Shown here: piece by piece, positions 1 through 11,512 of the stretch
Layout: each line of letters begins with the position of its first letter
Position numbering within the stretch: the first letter of the stretch is position 1
Assembly: GCA_951406725.2 (NCBI GenBank)
Contig: OX597837.1
Span: forward strand, 21,142,001-21,206,000
DNA: 64,000 bases
Direction: 5' to 3'
Origin: Octopus vulgaris
Taxonomy: Eukaryota
Notes under the pieces: generated by a model
What the model was told of the DNA's origin: nothing
Databases searched by the model: none
What the model saw: the letters and a program-made list of their open reading frames with translations, nothing else
Translations under genes and position numbers: made by a program

Positions 1-519
1 ACAAATAACATGGAAAAAATAAATAGATAGTTATCAGGGTAGCAAAAAATACACATATGTACGAAGGATGTTACAGCCTACTTAAAAATTAGAAATTCCA
101 GGGTTTAGTGAAATGTTTTTGTCTAACAGATAAAGAAATGGTGTTAAATGCAGGTGTTATTCAAATCTTTATACTTCCGACATATGTTTCGAAGAAAACA
201 TTGGTATTATTCCCTCCGGGAATAATACCCAGAATGTTCAGGTTAAAGTTGTAATTGAGAAAAAGTAAAAGAGGATTGTAAGTCATCTGAAAATGGGAAA
301 AGAGTTACCTGTATCATGATGATTCAGACCAGGTATCAAAATTACAACATCATGTTTAGACAAAATGCAATGTGAACACTGTTAAGGCTGTAAGATGTGA
401 CATGGACAGCTGCAAAGGAGACTACAAAGCCATGGCCAACAGGAAGGGACACAGCAGGAATTCAGACTACATCTGCACGTCAGAGCTCACTTTGGTCAAT
501 CTCTGGCTGGGAGGGTTAC

Positions 520-892
520 AGCTGGAAGGCCATATGTGTAGAAGCAGGATTTGGTTCCTTGCCATACCTTTATGTATTACTGTGTCTGAGATGAGGTTGA
601 GAAAGACACCAACTGCTCTGCTCTGCTTGCAATACCAAGGCCAAACTGCTGGCCCAGATGAAGCAGGTGTTCAAAGATCTTCCCAGGAATACAGTGAGCA
701 ATGCATGTGCCAGGTTCCAGTGCCACCTTAAAGCCATGGTGGAAACTGTGGGTGGCTATTTCGAGTAAACTGTTATCTCCCTGCAATAATCTAGTTGATA
801 TTTTCTTATTTTTTAAAACACTTTTATTTTTAAATGGGATATTGCTTTCTTTTCCTTTTATGCAAACTGTCAAATTTAGCCCAAACACCCTG
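520..892 (+). mobile_element. 3' fragment of a Tc1/mariner-superfamily DNA transposon (same family as 30340-31113 and 35250-35860)
   Basis: Degenerate transposase C-terminus ending TTTAGCCCAAACACCCTG; near-collinear with the 30340-31113 copy. Confidence 0.65.
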
Positions 893-1089
893 TGTGTGTG
901 TGTGTGTATGTGTGCATATATATGTGTGTATATATATGTTCTTGTCTTGGCACTGGGTCACCAATTTGTGAATGTAAGGCCTGCTGGGAATAATAGTGGC
1001 TGCATGTTAGGAAATGAGGGGTCACCAGTGTAGTGAACGACTATACGGCGTTTAAAAAGGGAAACATTTCTGTCACCAACTCCTTTACA

Positions 1090-3747
1090 TATGGTTGTTC
1101 ATGACAAACATTTTCTAAGATATGAACGAAATATTAATTTTCAGACGTTACATAAATATGTACACCCTAAAGGAAATTTGCTATATTCAATATTTTATCC
1201 CCTTCTTTTACTAAATTCACATACTGCTGTTAATTTCAATTCTAATAAATTATTTCTCCTGGCATTTTTGCACCTGTCATTTTTATTGCATCTGCCAGAA
1301 ATTTGATTTGTGTACCATGGTGAGATTATTCTGCATTGTGATTAAAATGACACCAAAAGGAATTGTCTGAAGATTTGAAGAAAATTATTTTCACTTTGCA
1401 CAAGAATGGTTTAGGATACAAGTTAACTGGCAAACGAATACATATTAGCATAAACACAGATGTTGCGTGACGGAGACATCGTACAGCTTTATCTTTGGCC
1501 CAAGAAGTGTCTTCTGTTAGTGGAAAGAGTGTATCCGCCCAAACAGTTTGCCAAAGTTTGAACCAGTGTGGTCTTCATGGACGCATTCCTCGTAGAAAGT
1601 CTCTCCTCACTACCAGGCATAAACCAAGTCATCTTTCCTTTGCTGAAACCTATGTGAGAAAGAGGAAGGAGTTTGGGAACAAAATTGTTTTTATCTGACG
1701 AGACTAAAATCAATTCGTTTGGGTCAGATGGTAGACCTTTGGAAGTATGCTGTGCGTGGGAAGACCCGGCAGGACAAGTGAGACCATAACCTGTGGCCTC
1801 CACCTGGGATGTAGCCAGTCGACTTATGCATACCTTTCCTTCTTGGGACACAAAACTCTACTTGTGAAGACCTGTTGAGGCAAGTAAAAATCAAAATCGA
1901 AATCAATCAACATCAATGGAAATTGTAACTGTGATACCAGTGCCGATGGCACATAAGAGAATTATCTGAACGTGGCCGTTGCCAGCGCCGCCCCGACTGG
2001 CCTCCACATAAAAAGCACCATCCGATTGTGGCTGTTGCCAGCCTCGTCTGGCCCCCGTGTTGGTGGCACATAAAAAGCACCATCCTGATCATGGCTGTTT
2101 GCCAGCCTCATCTGGCACCTGTGCAGGTGGCACGTAAAAAGCACCCATTACACTCATGGAGTGGTTGGTGTTAGGAAGGGCATCCAGCTGTAGAAACATT
2201 GCCAGATCAGACTGGGCCTGGCGCAGCATTCTGGCTTCCCAGACCCCAGTTGAACCATCCAACCCATGCTAGCATGGAAAACGGATGTTAAACAATGATG
2301 ATGATGATGATGATCAAGTGAAGATAACAGCACCGAATGCACTGTGCTTTCTGTGAAACACGGCGGTGGAAGTGTTGTGCTTTGGGGATGCATGGGTACA
2401 GCTGGTGTGGGAGGACTCACATTTATTAAGAGAACAATAGATTCAAGGTTTTATTGTCACATATTGCAGAAAACAATGAGGAGTAAAAACCCCGCAATGT
2501 AACGCAGTTGAAAGACATCATTCAGAATGAATGGAGGTCGATTTCGTTGGTTATATGCAGAAATTTAGTCGACTCTATGCTCTGAAGTCTTAATGCAGTC
2601 ATCGAAAGCAAGGGTGGTCACACCAATTATTGAACATAGCAAATAATCCTTTAGGGTGTGCATATTTCTAAAATTTTATATTTCGTTCATATCTTTGAAA
2701 ATGTTTATTGTTTTGTGTTCCAAATTTGTATAATGTCTGCATGTATAATATATATTATTCAGGATAAATTTTGTTTGATTTCCTTCGATATTATTAGAGT
2801 AAGTAGCTGACCCCATGCCATCAAAAATAACGGCTAATTGTAGTATTTTATATATAAACTAGCACTATAACCCGGCGTTGCTGGGTCATAGTGCTAGTGC
2901 ATGCATATACAGCTGTGCGCATGTGCACATACACACGAATACTGTCCAAATCTCCGAACAATCACATACAGCTAGCTGGCATTCAATTGTCGTATCAAGT
3001 TTTGGGCATTTTGATTGGGTTTTGGATAGAAAATTCTCAAAAAAGTCACTTCTATTGATTTTTTAATGGGATTGTGGGGTGACTGGGGAAATGTAAAGAT
3101 GTGCACGACCACCCTTGGACGGTTTTGAATGACCATAGAAAGTGCAAGCTCTATAACTGAAAAATTGTGGATTTGTATAAAGGAAACACACACAGACAGA
3201 CATTTTGCCATTTATATATAGAGAGATAAGGTGCAAAATAAGCTACATAATAATCATGAATACAAACATTCACATACTTCCCTTGTACACGCACACACAT
3301 ACACACATATACTCACACAGCGTTGAAATGCTGTTTGATTTTTCTTTTCAGTGTTGAACGTCCACCATCCCACTTCCATTGTGCACACACACAAAAAAAC
3401 ATTCACATGACTCTCTTTCATATACACACACATTACTCATGCAGAGTTGAAACGCTGTTTGATTTTTTTTCACCATAGAACTTCCACCATCCCACTACCA
3501 AGTTTGCCATCACCCCTTCCTTCCTTATTCATCTATTATCCCTTCCTTTCTCATTCATATGTTGTAGCAGAGAAATACACAAGAGTATTATTATAGTAGA
3601 AGATATGGATGGTAAATCAAATTAATACACTTGTCAATGTTCATATATATTCACATACTTCCCTTGTACATGCACACACATACACAGAGTTGAAATGCTG
3701 TTTGATTTTTCTTTTTAGCATTTAATATTCACTATCCCACTTCCATT

Positions 3748-3792
<45 letters not shown>

Positions 3793-4176
3793 TTCACATA
3801 CTTCCTTTTTACATACACACACACATATTCACACAGTTGAAACGCTGATTTTTTTTCACCCCTTCCTTTCTCATTCATATGTTGTGACAGAGAAAAACAG
3901 AAGACACACAACGCGCTCTTTGTCACTTCCTCTCTCTCATTGCTATTACTCTCTCTCACTCCCTCTCAGTCAGGGCTATTACTCTCACTACTTCTCCATC
4001 ACTGAATTACTATTTTCTCTCCTCTCCCTTCACTTATACTACTCTTGATCCTACTCCCTCCTACGTGATTTTGGACATATATATATATATATAAACACTA
4101 CACTCGTTATTACAATAGGAGATGGCAATTTTATTGAAAATTTTTAGGGGTATACATACTTCCATGAGATACTGTA
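1090..4176 (+). mobile_element. Degenerate Tc1-like transposon with long TIRs, interrupted by an RTE-tail repeat (about 1740-2313) and a Helitron (2859-4122)
   Basis: Transposase remnants VSAQTV...GLHGRIPRRKSLL, DETKIN.FGSDG, VKHGGGSVVLWGCM and AVIESKGGHTNY. About 1105-1192 is the inverse of about 2628-2710. Right end ...GTATACATACTTCCATGAGATACTG-TA. Confidence 0.8.
2859..4122 (-). mobile_element. Non-autonomous Helitron-type composite
   Basis: Minus-strand 3' end CCCAGCAACGCCGGG...GCTAG, TC-starting 5' ends, inserted between host A (2858) and T (4123) with no TSD. Confidence 0.7.
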
Positions 4177-5395
4177 TGTGTGAGTGTGTGTGGAAATGAG
4201 TTTGTAAATAATATCCCTCAATTTAGACAAATTCAATTTAAACAATGACACATGGGACTAACCTACCATGTAAACTGAGAAACCACTTTATACTTAAAGC
4301 GCCAAATATGAATCACATTGCATTTGTTAATGCATTTTCTCAACACACAGATGGATGAGATTTAAATCCTTTAAGTTTTAGCCTATTGTTAACACCTCAT
4401 GGTTTGTGATTTAAATAAACAATGCATCTATGATGAGACTACATCATTGACTAATGTAGCCTTCCTTTTTCAGACAGTAAGGGTGTGATCTGAAAGAGAT
4501 TAGGCTACTATTTAAGTTAATCATGTAGGACAGTGGTTCTCACCGAGGGTCAGTCTGATCCCTAGGGGTCCACACATAGAAAATGATAAATTAGGGATCT
4601 ACAGTAGTATATTGCTTTAGATGTATGTATTGCAAGAAACAACTAGAAGGGTCAGCTTAAAAGTTCATAGTCTGATCAGGATACTCATAGAATGTGACCA
4701 AATGAGGTTTGGTTTTCAATATAGTTCTCCTTGCGGTCCACACACTTCTTTCAACACAGTTGCAGTGTTTAGATCCCATTGGTAAAAAGGCTTTCATCCT
4801 GCTGGTCAAAGAATGTCATCAACAGCAGATATGACATTATCATCACTGCGATACTGGTTCCCAGTCAAGTGTTTTTCCATGTTGTGGAACAGATAATAGT
4901 CATATGGGGCCAAATCAGAAGAATAGGGAAAGTGATCAACCAGTTCAAAGTCACGGTCAAACCCAACAGCCATTAAAAGCAAGGACTAGTGTGATGGAGC
5001 ATTGTCCTGACGAAACAAGACCCCTTTCATCAGTTTTCCTAGGCTTTTGGTTTTGATAGCCTTTTGTAACTGCCTCAGCAAGTTGGCATAGTATTCTCCA
5101 TTGATGGTGTGACTCTTTTGAAGATAGTTAATAAACACATTTCTTTTAGCATGCCAAAAAACTGAGGCCATCACCTTCCCTTCAGATGAAATGAGCTTGG
5201 CCTTCTTTGGAGCTGGCAAGGAGAAATGTTTCCACTGCATGGATTATCTCTTTGTCTCTGGCTCAAAGTGATGAAGCCAACACTCATCGTGGGTGGGGAA
5301 ATGTTCAAGGAAACCAGCTGGACCTTTCTCAAACAATGTCAGATTTTGCCATGATATGATCAGCCTGGTGCGCTTTTGATCAGGTGTCAGAAAAT

Positions 5396-5662
5396 GTAAA
5401 TAAATAAAAAACAAATGTGCCCTTTTAAAGCCTAGCCAGGCTCATGGGCCCGGTTTCCCAGTTTCTATGGCGTATGTGTTCCCCAGCTGGATGGGACGCC
5501 AGTCCATCACAGCGTTACTCATTTTTGCCAGCTGAGTGAACTGGAGCAACATGAAATTAAATGTTTTGCTCAAGAACACAACGTTGACACCAGTCCAGGA
5601 ATTGAAACTTCAATCTTACGATCATGGTGCCGACACCCTAACCACTAAGTCACGCGCCTCCA
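5396..5662 (-). mobile_element. tRNA-derived SINE with CORE-like domain (family C; also about 8790-9107 +, 22888-23272 -, 34938-35197 -, 41990-42160 -)
   Basis: Minus-strand head TGGAGGCGCGTGACTTAGTGGTTAGGGTG, B-box-like AGTTTCAATTCC, then CTTGAGCAA...GTTGCTCCAGTTCACTCAGCTG shared among copies. Confidence 0.75.
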
Positions 5663-6405
5663 CGTCAGAAAATGTAGCACATACTAATCAGAGACCTTGT
5701 CATGCCAAGTTCATTGTGCAGAATATTCTCAACTCTCTCATGAAATATGCTAATAATGATGATGATAATAATAACAATAATAATAATAATAATAATAATC
5801 CTCATCATCATCATCATCTCAACATCATCATTCAATTCCATTTTCCTTGCTAGCATGAGTTGGACGGTTTGACTGGAAGTGGCAAGGTAAAGGGTTGCAA
5901 CAGGTTCCATAGTCTGTTTTGGTTTGGTTTCTGCAGCTTGATGCCCTTCTTAATGCCAACCACTTTACAGATTGTCCTGGGTGCTTTTTACATGGCACAA
6001 TCACCAGTGCTTTTTTACATGACACCAGCACCAATGCTTTTTATATGGCATCTTGGTTTTAGGATATTGCTTCTTTTATGTGACACCTACAGCATTGGCT
6101 ATTTGGTTTATGGTCACTTGCCTGTCATCCATCCCCAAATGCTGAACATGATCAATGTTTTCCTTGGTGGTGGCAGTTGCAGGACATCCAGACCTTAGGT
6201 CATCTTCAAGACTCTCTCTTCCCTCTCCCAAATTCAGTTGCCCATTTTTGCACTGTTAATAAAGCTGAAGCATCATCTCCTAATGTAGCAACCATGTCAG
6301 CGTGAAAGTTCTTGGAGTGGGGTGGGGGAGCTAAACCCTTTCTCTGCAGATATTTGATAACACCACAATGCTAAATTTTGTTGATTTTCAAAAGAAGACG
6401 CTACT

Positions 6406-6800
6406 AGGCGCAGGAGTGGCTGTGTGGTAAGTAGCTTGGTTCCGGATTCAGTCCCACTGCATGGCATCTTGGGCAAGTGTCTTCTGCTATAGCCCCGGGC
6501 CAACCAATGCCTTGTAAGTGGATTTGGTAGACGGAAACTGAAAGAAGCCTGTCGTATATATGTATATATATATATACGTGTGTGTGTGTTTGTGTGTCTG
6601 TGTTTGTCTCCCTAGCATTGCTTGACAACCGATGCTGGTGTGTTTACGTCCCAGTCACTTAGCAGTTCGGCAAAAAGACCGATAGAATAAGTACTGGGCT
6701 TACAAAGAAAAAGTCCCGGGGTCAATTTGCTCGACTAAAGGCGGTGCTTCAGCATGGCCGCAGTCAAATGACTGAAACAAGTAAAAGAGTAAAAGAGAGT
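6406..6800 (+). mobile_element. tRNA-derived SINE family A (more than 15 copies, e.g. 7214-7611 -, 28208-28622 +, 31832-32172 +, 41492-41850 +, 57215-57595 -, 58750-59140 -, 59174-59580 +)
   Basis: GGCGCAGGAGTGGCTGTGTGG A-box, GGTTCAGTCCC B-box (GATTCAGTCCC in this copy), CTTGGGCAAGTG CORE-like segment, internal TA/TG microsatellite, AAAGAGTA tail. Confidence 0.85.
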
Positions 6801-7438
6801 TACTTTAGAAGTCTTCTTTAAACAGTCAAGTGTCAGTTCACCTGGGCGAAACAATACAATTGATAAGAAGAAGAGTTGAAATTAATGCACGCAAGATTTG
6901 ACAGTTCTGACATCACTCCTTCATAGTCAGCCCAGGAACTTTTCAGTCCACCCTCATAGCTTTATTTCTCTAATGTTTTACATAGCTTAACATGTTTCTG
7001 GCCACTGAAACATATTCCCTCAGAGAATGCTATAGCAAATTTACGCAAGTAAATATGGGAAAGAAAACGAAATAGGAATTTTGAAAGAAGTATCTATAAA
7101 ACTAGTTTTTAAAAATCGAATGGCTATGGGGGTCTACCAGAATAAAATAGAAACCAAAGGGGTCCATAGGTAAAAAAAGGGTTGAGAATCACTGATGTTG
7201 AGGCTCCCCTCATTCTCTTTACTCTCTTTTACTTGTTTCAGTCATTTGACTGTGGCCATGCTGGAGCACCGCCTTTAGTCGAGCAAATCGACCCCGGGAC
7301 TTATTCTTTGTAAGCCCAGTACTTATTCTACCGTACTCTCTTGCTGAACCGCTATGTGACGGGGACGTAAACACACCAGCATCAGTTGTCAAGCAATGTT
7401 GGGGGGACAAACACAGACACACACATACATATACACAC

Positions 7439-7477
<39 letters not shown>

Positions 7478-7737
7478 TACGACAGGCTTCTTTCAGTTTC
7501 CGTCTACCAAATCCACTCACAAGGCTTTGGTCGGCCCGAGGCTATAGCAGAAGACACTTGCCCAAGATGCCATGCAGTGGGACTGAACCCGGAACCATGT
7601 GGTTGGTTAGCAAAGAAGTGTTGCAAAGTTTTATGACAGATCAAGCATAAACAAATATTCATTCGAGAGGTACAAAGTTCACTTCTCTGTACAGGTTTGC
7701 TGGCCACTTCTTTTTCTATCTTTCAACAGTATTTACT

Positions 7738-9742
7738 CAATTAGAGTAACTGTCAAGGAACCACAAAAAGCAATGAACTCACTCTACCAGTATTTCTTAA
7801 CCTATTTTGAGTGGAGGTTAATATACATAATTGTATGAGACAGAGTGTGATAAAGGAGGAGAAAGGAGATATAATGATTCACAATTTCATGACCAGACCT
7901 GTGAATTTGCTTAGTTGAACTGCAGTTCAGTGAGGTCCTCTATGAGGTTGCTCAAACTAGTCGAAAATAGCAGCCAAATATATTTGGAGCTAAGCTTCAG
8001 GATCAGTTACAGGAGTGTTTTTGGAGATAAGGATATCTACCTGATTTTCTAAGTTGTCTTCACAGCCACCCCACATATGAGAATTCATTTATCTCCTGTA
8101 AAATATTCATTAATTAAACAATGAAGGAAAAAAAATGATCAATGAGAGAAAAAAAAAACTTTGTATTTTTAGTAACTGATAGTTGAGTGGAGATATAAAG
8201 TTTTTATTGAACAATGACTGCACAATGTCCTGATGTGTTTTAACTTGAGATAAATTATTTGTCAAAAACAAAATAATTTTATTACGGAGATATACTTGCA
8301 TAACAAGTGACCTGATCTGAGATCGTGTGCTGGAACGAAAACAATTGCAGCGTGGAAGGTGTTTATAAGCCATTTAAGAAACACACAAATTATTTTAAGA
8401 AATGGTCTCCAAACATTACTTCTAAAAATCATCCATTTGTAATTTAGATTAATAGAAAAACCTTAGTGACAAGTTGTCTCAGGGCCTTCAAGAGAAATTT
8501 AACAAGGCAGAACCAAGGTGCTTTTGGATTCCAGAAAATGGAATCCTCTCAAAGTTTGAGGGGTTTCAAGGGGTTTTAGGGAAGGACCTGGCAGATAGTT
8601 GTGGGCCCCATACTGCTGAATTCCTTTCTTATAGGTCCGGACTCACCTCTGAACCTCAACCTGTCCTGTTTTTACCCAACACACACTAGAAATGCTATCC
8701 CATAGAGTAAACACTTAGATTCACTTTCCCAATCTGATGAAATAAACCATGACATTTTCATACAGAATTGTTTTGTAGTGTTAGGTGAGGGTGCATGGCT
8801 TAGTGGTTAGGGTATTCAGCTCATGATCATGAGGCTGAGAGTTCAATTCCTGGTGGTGCATTGTATCCTTCAGCAAGATACTTTATTTCACCTTGCTCCA
8901 GTCCACTCAGCTGGCAAAAATAAGTTGTACCTGTAATTCAAAGGGCCAGCTTTGTCACATTCTGTGTCACTGAATTTCCCTGAGAACTACATTTAAGGTT
9001 ATGCATCTCTGTGGAGTGCTCAGCCACTTGCCCATTAATTTCATGAGCAGACTGTTCCACCAATCAGATCAACTGGAACCCTCGTCATCATAACTGACAG
9101 AGTGCCTGTAAATCTTATATTGTTAATCAACTCCAAACTCCAGTAAACCGAGGCCATTGACATAAAACCTCTTTGCTTTTACCTCAAATGCACAGCACAT
9201 ACACACTCAAAGAGAGACTTTGCTTTTCAATCACCTTCCACCAGTCTGCCATGCCTCTTCAATAAACTGTCATCTAACGTTTTCTCTTTCCTCTGACCCA
9301 CCAACCATTTTCATCTTCCCTAATCATTCCCCTCTTCTGTTTCAAGAGGCAAAAATTAGTTTCAATTCACAGAAACTACCTGCTCTCATGTAATACACAA
9401 CTCGGTACATATAAAGGCTTTTATCCTGTATGTCACAGGTATTCCTTCATCTCCAACAGCACCCCCAGAACTGATCCTGAAGCTTAGCTCCAAATTTATT
9501 TGGCTGCTATTTTCGACTAGTTTGAGCAACCATATGGAGGACCTCACTGAACTGCAGTTCAACTAAGCAAACTTGCAGGTCTGGTCATGAAATTGTGAAT
9601 CAGTATATCTCCTTTCGCACTCTGTCTCATACAATTATGTATTTGGACCACCACTTAAAATGGGTTAAAATTTACTGGTAGAGTGAGTTCGTTGATTTTA
9701 GTCCAGCAGGAGATTGTGGTTCCTTGACAGCTACTCTAATTC
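7738..9742. repeat. Long inverted repeat (about 7738-8040 vs 9436-9742) around a 1.4-kb spacer
   Basis: For example TTAGTTGAACTGCAGTTCAGTGAGGTCCTC (7911) is the reverse complement of GAGGACCTCACTGAACTGCAGTTCAACTAA (9537). Confidence 0.85.
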
Positions 9743-10187
9743 TTAATAATCAAAATTTAAAGATCAGTGGGACAAAGAGAGAGAGGGGGGGGAGACGGAG
9801 GTCACTTTCTTTATCTCCTTCTTCTGCGTCAATAAAACTATTACGAAGTCAATGTCACAGAAAAATATTCTCATTTCCTGGGGCCAATGTAACTTTTAGC
9901 GTTCCTAGCCAGAGGAAATGTTGCATTTCGTCACACATTCGCTCTTCACCTCTATTACCGCTAATATATTGGAGTAATCAACCAAATATCTTTATCTGAT
10001 ACACAATATTTTACGTAATGCTTGTTCTATGAGACATTCTCATTACCAGCTAGCGACCGAATCTCACCACTTTATTCAACACCTTCCAACAGAACCTTTC
10101 CTTTCCTTTCAGCAGTGCCCAGCAATATTGATAACATCAGAGAATGTCTATATTCATTTGGTCCACATCGTATCAGGGTCTGTTTCG

Positions 10188-10601
10188 GGATCCTTTCGGT
10201 TTGAACGGCAGTTTTTTAAAATAATTTCCACGTAACTAAACACTTTTAAACTTCGTATACTGGTAGAATGTGTTTATAAAACATCTTTTTCTCTTGGCTT
10301 TATTGAGAAAATTCTATAGTTTGTAAGATATTTGTTGTTTTTTTCTTCAATTTCTGCAATTTCAACCAATCACTGAAGTCTATTGAGGTGAAAAAATTCT
10401 GTGCCGTATGAATATGTCCCCCGTTTAAGAAACAGATTGGGTTTATTTACATTTCTGAAGAAGAAAAAAGATACCCTTCCCCCCACCAACCCTAACCCTA
10501 AAATAGATTGAAATGCAATAGATCGATACTAGGGTCATAATTATGGGTGACAAGTTCATATGACACCGCTAGAAAAACTGCCGTTCCAACCGAAAAGATC
10601 C
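10188..10601. mobile_element. MITE with GG termini and 8-bp TSD (Merlin-like)
   Basis: TIR GGATCCTTTCGGTTTGAACGGCAGTTTTT / AAAAACTGCCGTTCCAACCGAAAAGATCC; flanks CTGTTTCG / CTGTTTTG. Confidence 0.8.
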
Positions 10602-10911
10602 CTGTTTTGTTTTTTAACACTATCATAATTGTAGCTACCTACGTGAAAGGAGGATTAGCGAAAGGGGATAACACCAGTACGTTATAATAAATGAGCACAC
10701 CTAGCAGTTGTCCGGGACCGCGCAGATCAAGAACTCCAATGCTAATCCATATATGCTGAGATTTGCTGTCAGTAAATAAATAACTACAGGTCCCAGTAAA
10801 GCGTGAGAGAGGAGCGAGCTATAATGCTGTCAAGACAACCCTGGATAACATAACTAGTTTTCAGTTCTTATATATTAATTCTCTTGTCTTATGGGAAGAA
10901 AATCATACAAA

Positions 10912-11089
10912 TTACGGAGATGTACTTGCATAGCAAGTGATTTGATCTGAGATCGTGTGCTGAAACGAAAGTAATTGCAGCGTGGAAGGTGTTTGTAAAG
11001 CATTTAAGAAACAGCACGGATTTTTGTCAGTGAACAGGTCGCGGTCTTAACGCGATGAAAATATTTTGACAAATTAAACTTAAATGTTG
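10912..11089. mobile_element. Short TSD-flanked retroelement with hammerhead-like motif (family also at 8283-8390 and 30727-31035)
   Basis: TSD AATCATACAAA at 10901-10911 and 11090-11100; an inverted tail segment is followed by the hammerhead-like segment. Confidence 0.7.
11023..11073 (+). ncRNA. Minimal type I hammerhead-ribozyme-like motif, G3:C8 variant
   Basis: TTTGTCA-GTGAACA-G-GTCGC(loop)GCGAT-GAAA-ATAT-TT-TGACAAA. Confidence 0.55.
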
Positions 11090-11434
11090 AATCATACAAA
11101 CAAATTTATTAATCTTTTTCCTGCGAGAATCTAACTTATAACGATAGGAAAATATCTATACAGATGACAGCAAATTATTTACATAACAGGTCGTCTATTG
11201 GGGAGAGGACGAGAATGAATGACTTGAAGAATGTGAAAAGTTTGTCACCAAACTTATCTCAGTTCTGTCCCTTGTGAGAAGAGGACGTGGCTGGCTTCTC
11301 GTTGTACAGCAATAATGTGGTGTGCCTCGAGCATGTGCTTGGATATGGTTCGAACGTAAAACCACGTAAAAGAAGAGAAACATAACAACAACCTTACATC
11401 TGCCAGGGTAACAAAACATTTCTATTAACTAAAG

Positions 11435-11512
11435 ATGCGTGCACTAAGACAGCGACCCGATGCTTACTCGCAACACACCTCTATGCTTCCTATATACATC
11501 GTCGGATTCTTG
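11435..11512 (+). CDS. MFSD9: MFSD9-like MFS transporter, coding exon 1 (MRALRQRPDAYSQHTSMLPIYIVGFL)
   Basis: ATG at 11435 follows an in-frame TAA (11426-11428); ends TTG|GTAAGT donor. YIVGFL joined to exon 2 DLLGVSM matches the MFSD9 TM1 segment (YLVGFLDLFGVSM in human, from memory). Confidence 0.85.

Larger units (their letters stand above)
4645..6957 (-). mobile_element. Degenerate mariner element with SINEs nested inside
   Basis: ORF 4986-5240 KVMASVFW...INYLQKSHTINGEYYANLL...FRQDNAPSH; TIR pair GAAGGGTCAGCTTAAAAGTTC / GAACTTTTCAGTCCACCCTC. Confidence 0.85.
4531..7194. mobile_element. hAT (Charlie-like) MITE expanded by nested insertions
   Basis: TIRs CAGTGGTTCTCACC / GGTTGAGAATCACTG; degenerate 8-bp flanks ATGTAGGA / ATGTTGAG. 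Confidence 0.6.

Noticed and set aside
6406-6480. tRNA-like A and B boxes here and in many other copies
   Set aside because: These are SINE heads continuing into SINE bodies; no complete cloverleaf is supported.
10487-10502. Telomere-like CCCTAA repeats
   Set aside because: Only two to three units, internal to a MITE; not a telomere or interstitial telomeric array.
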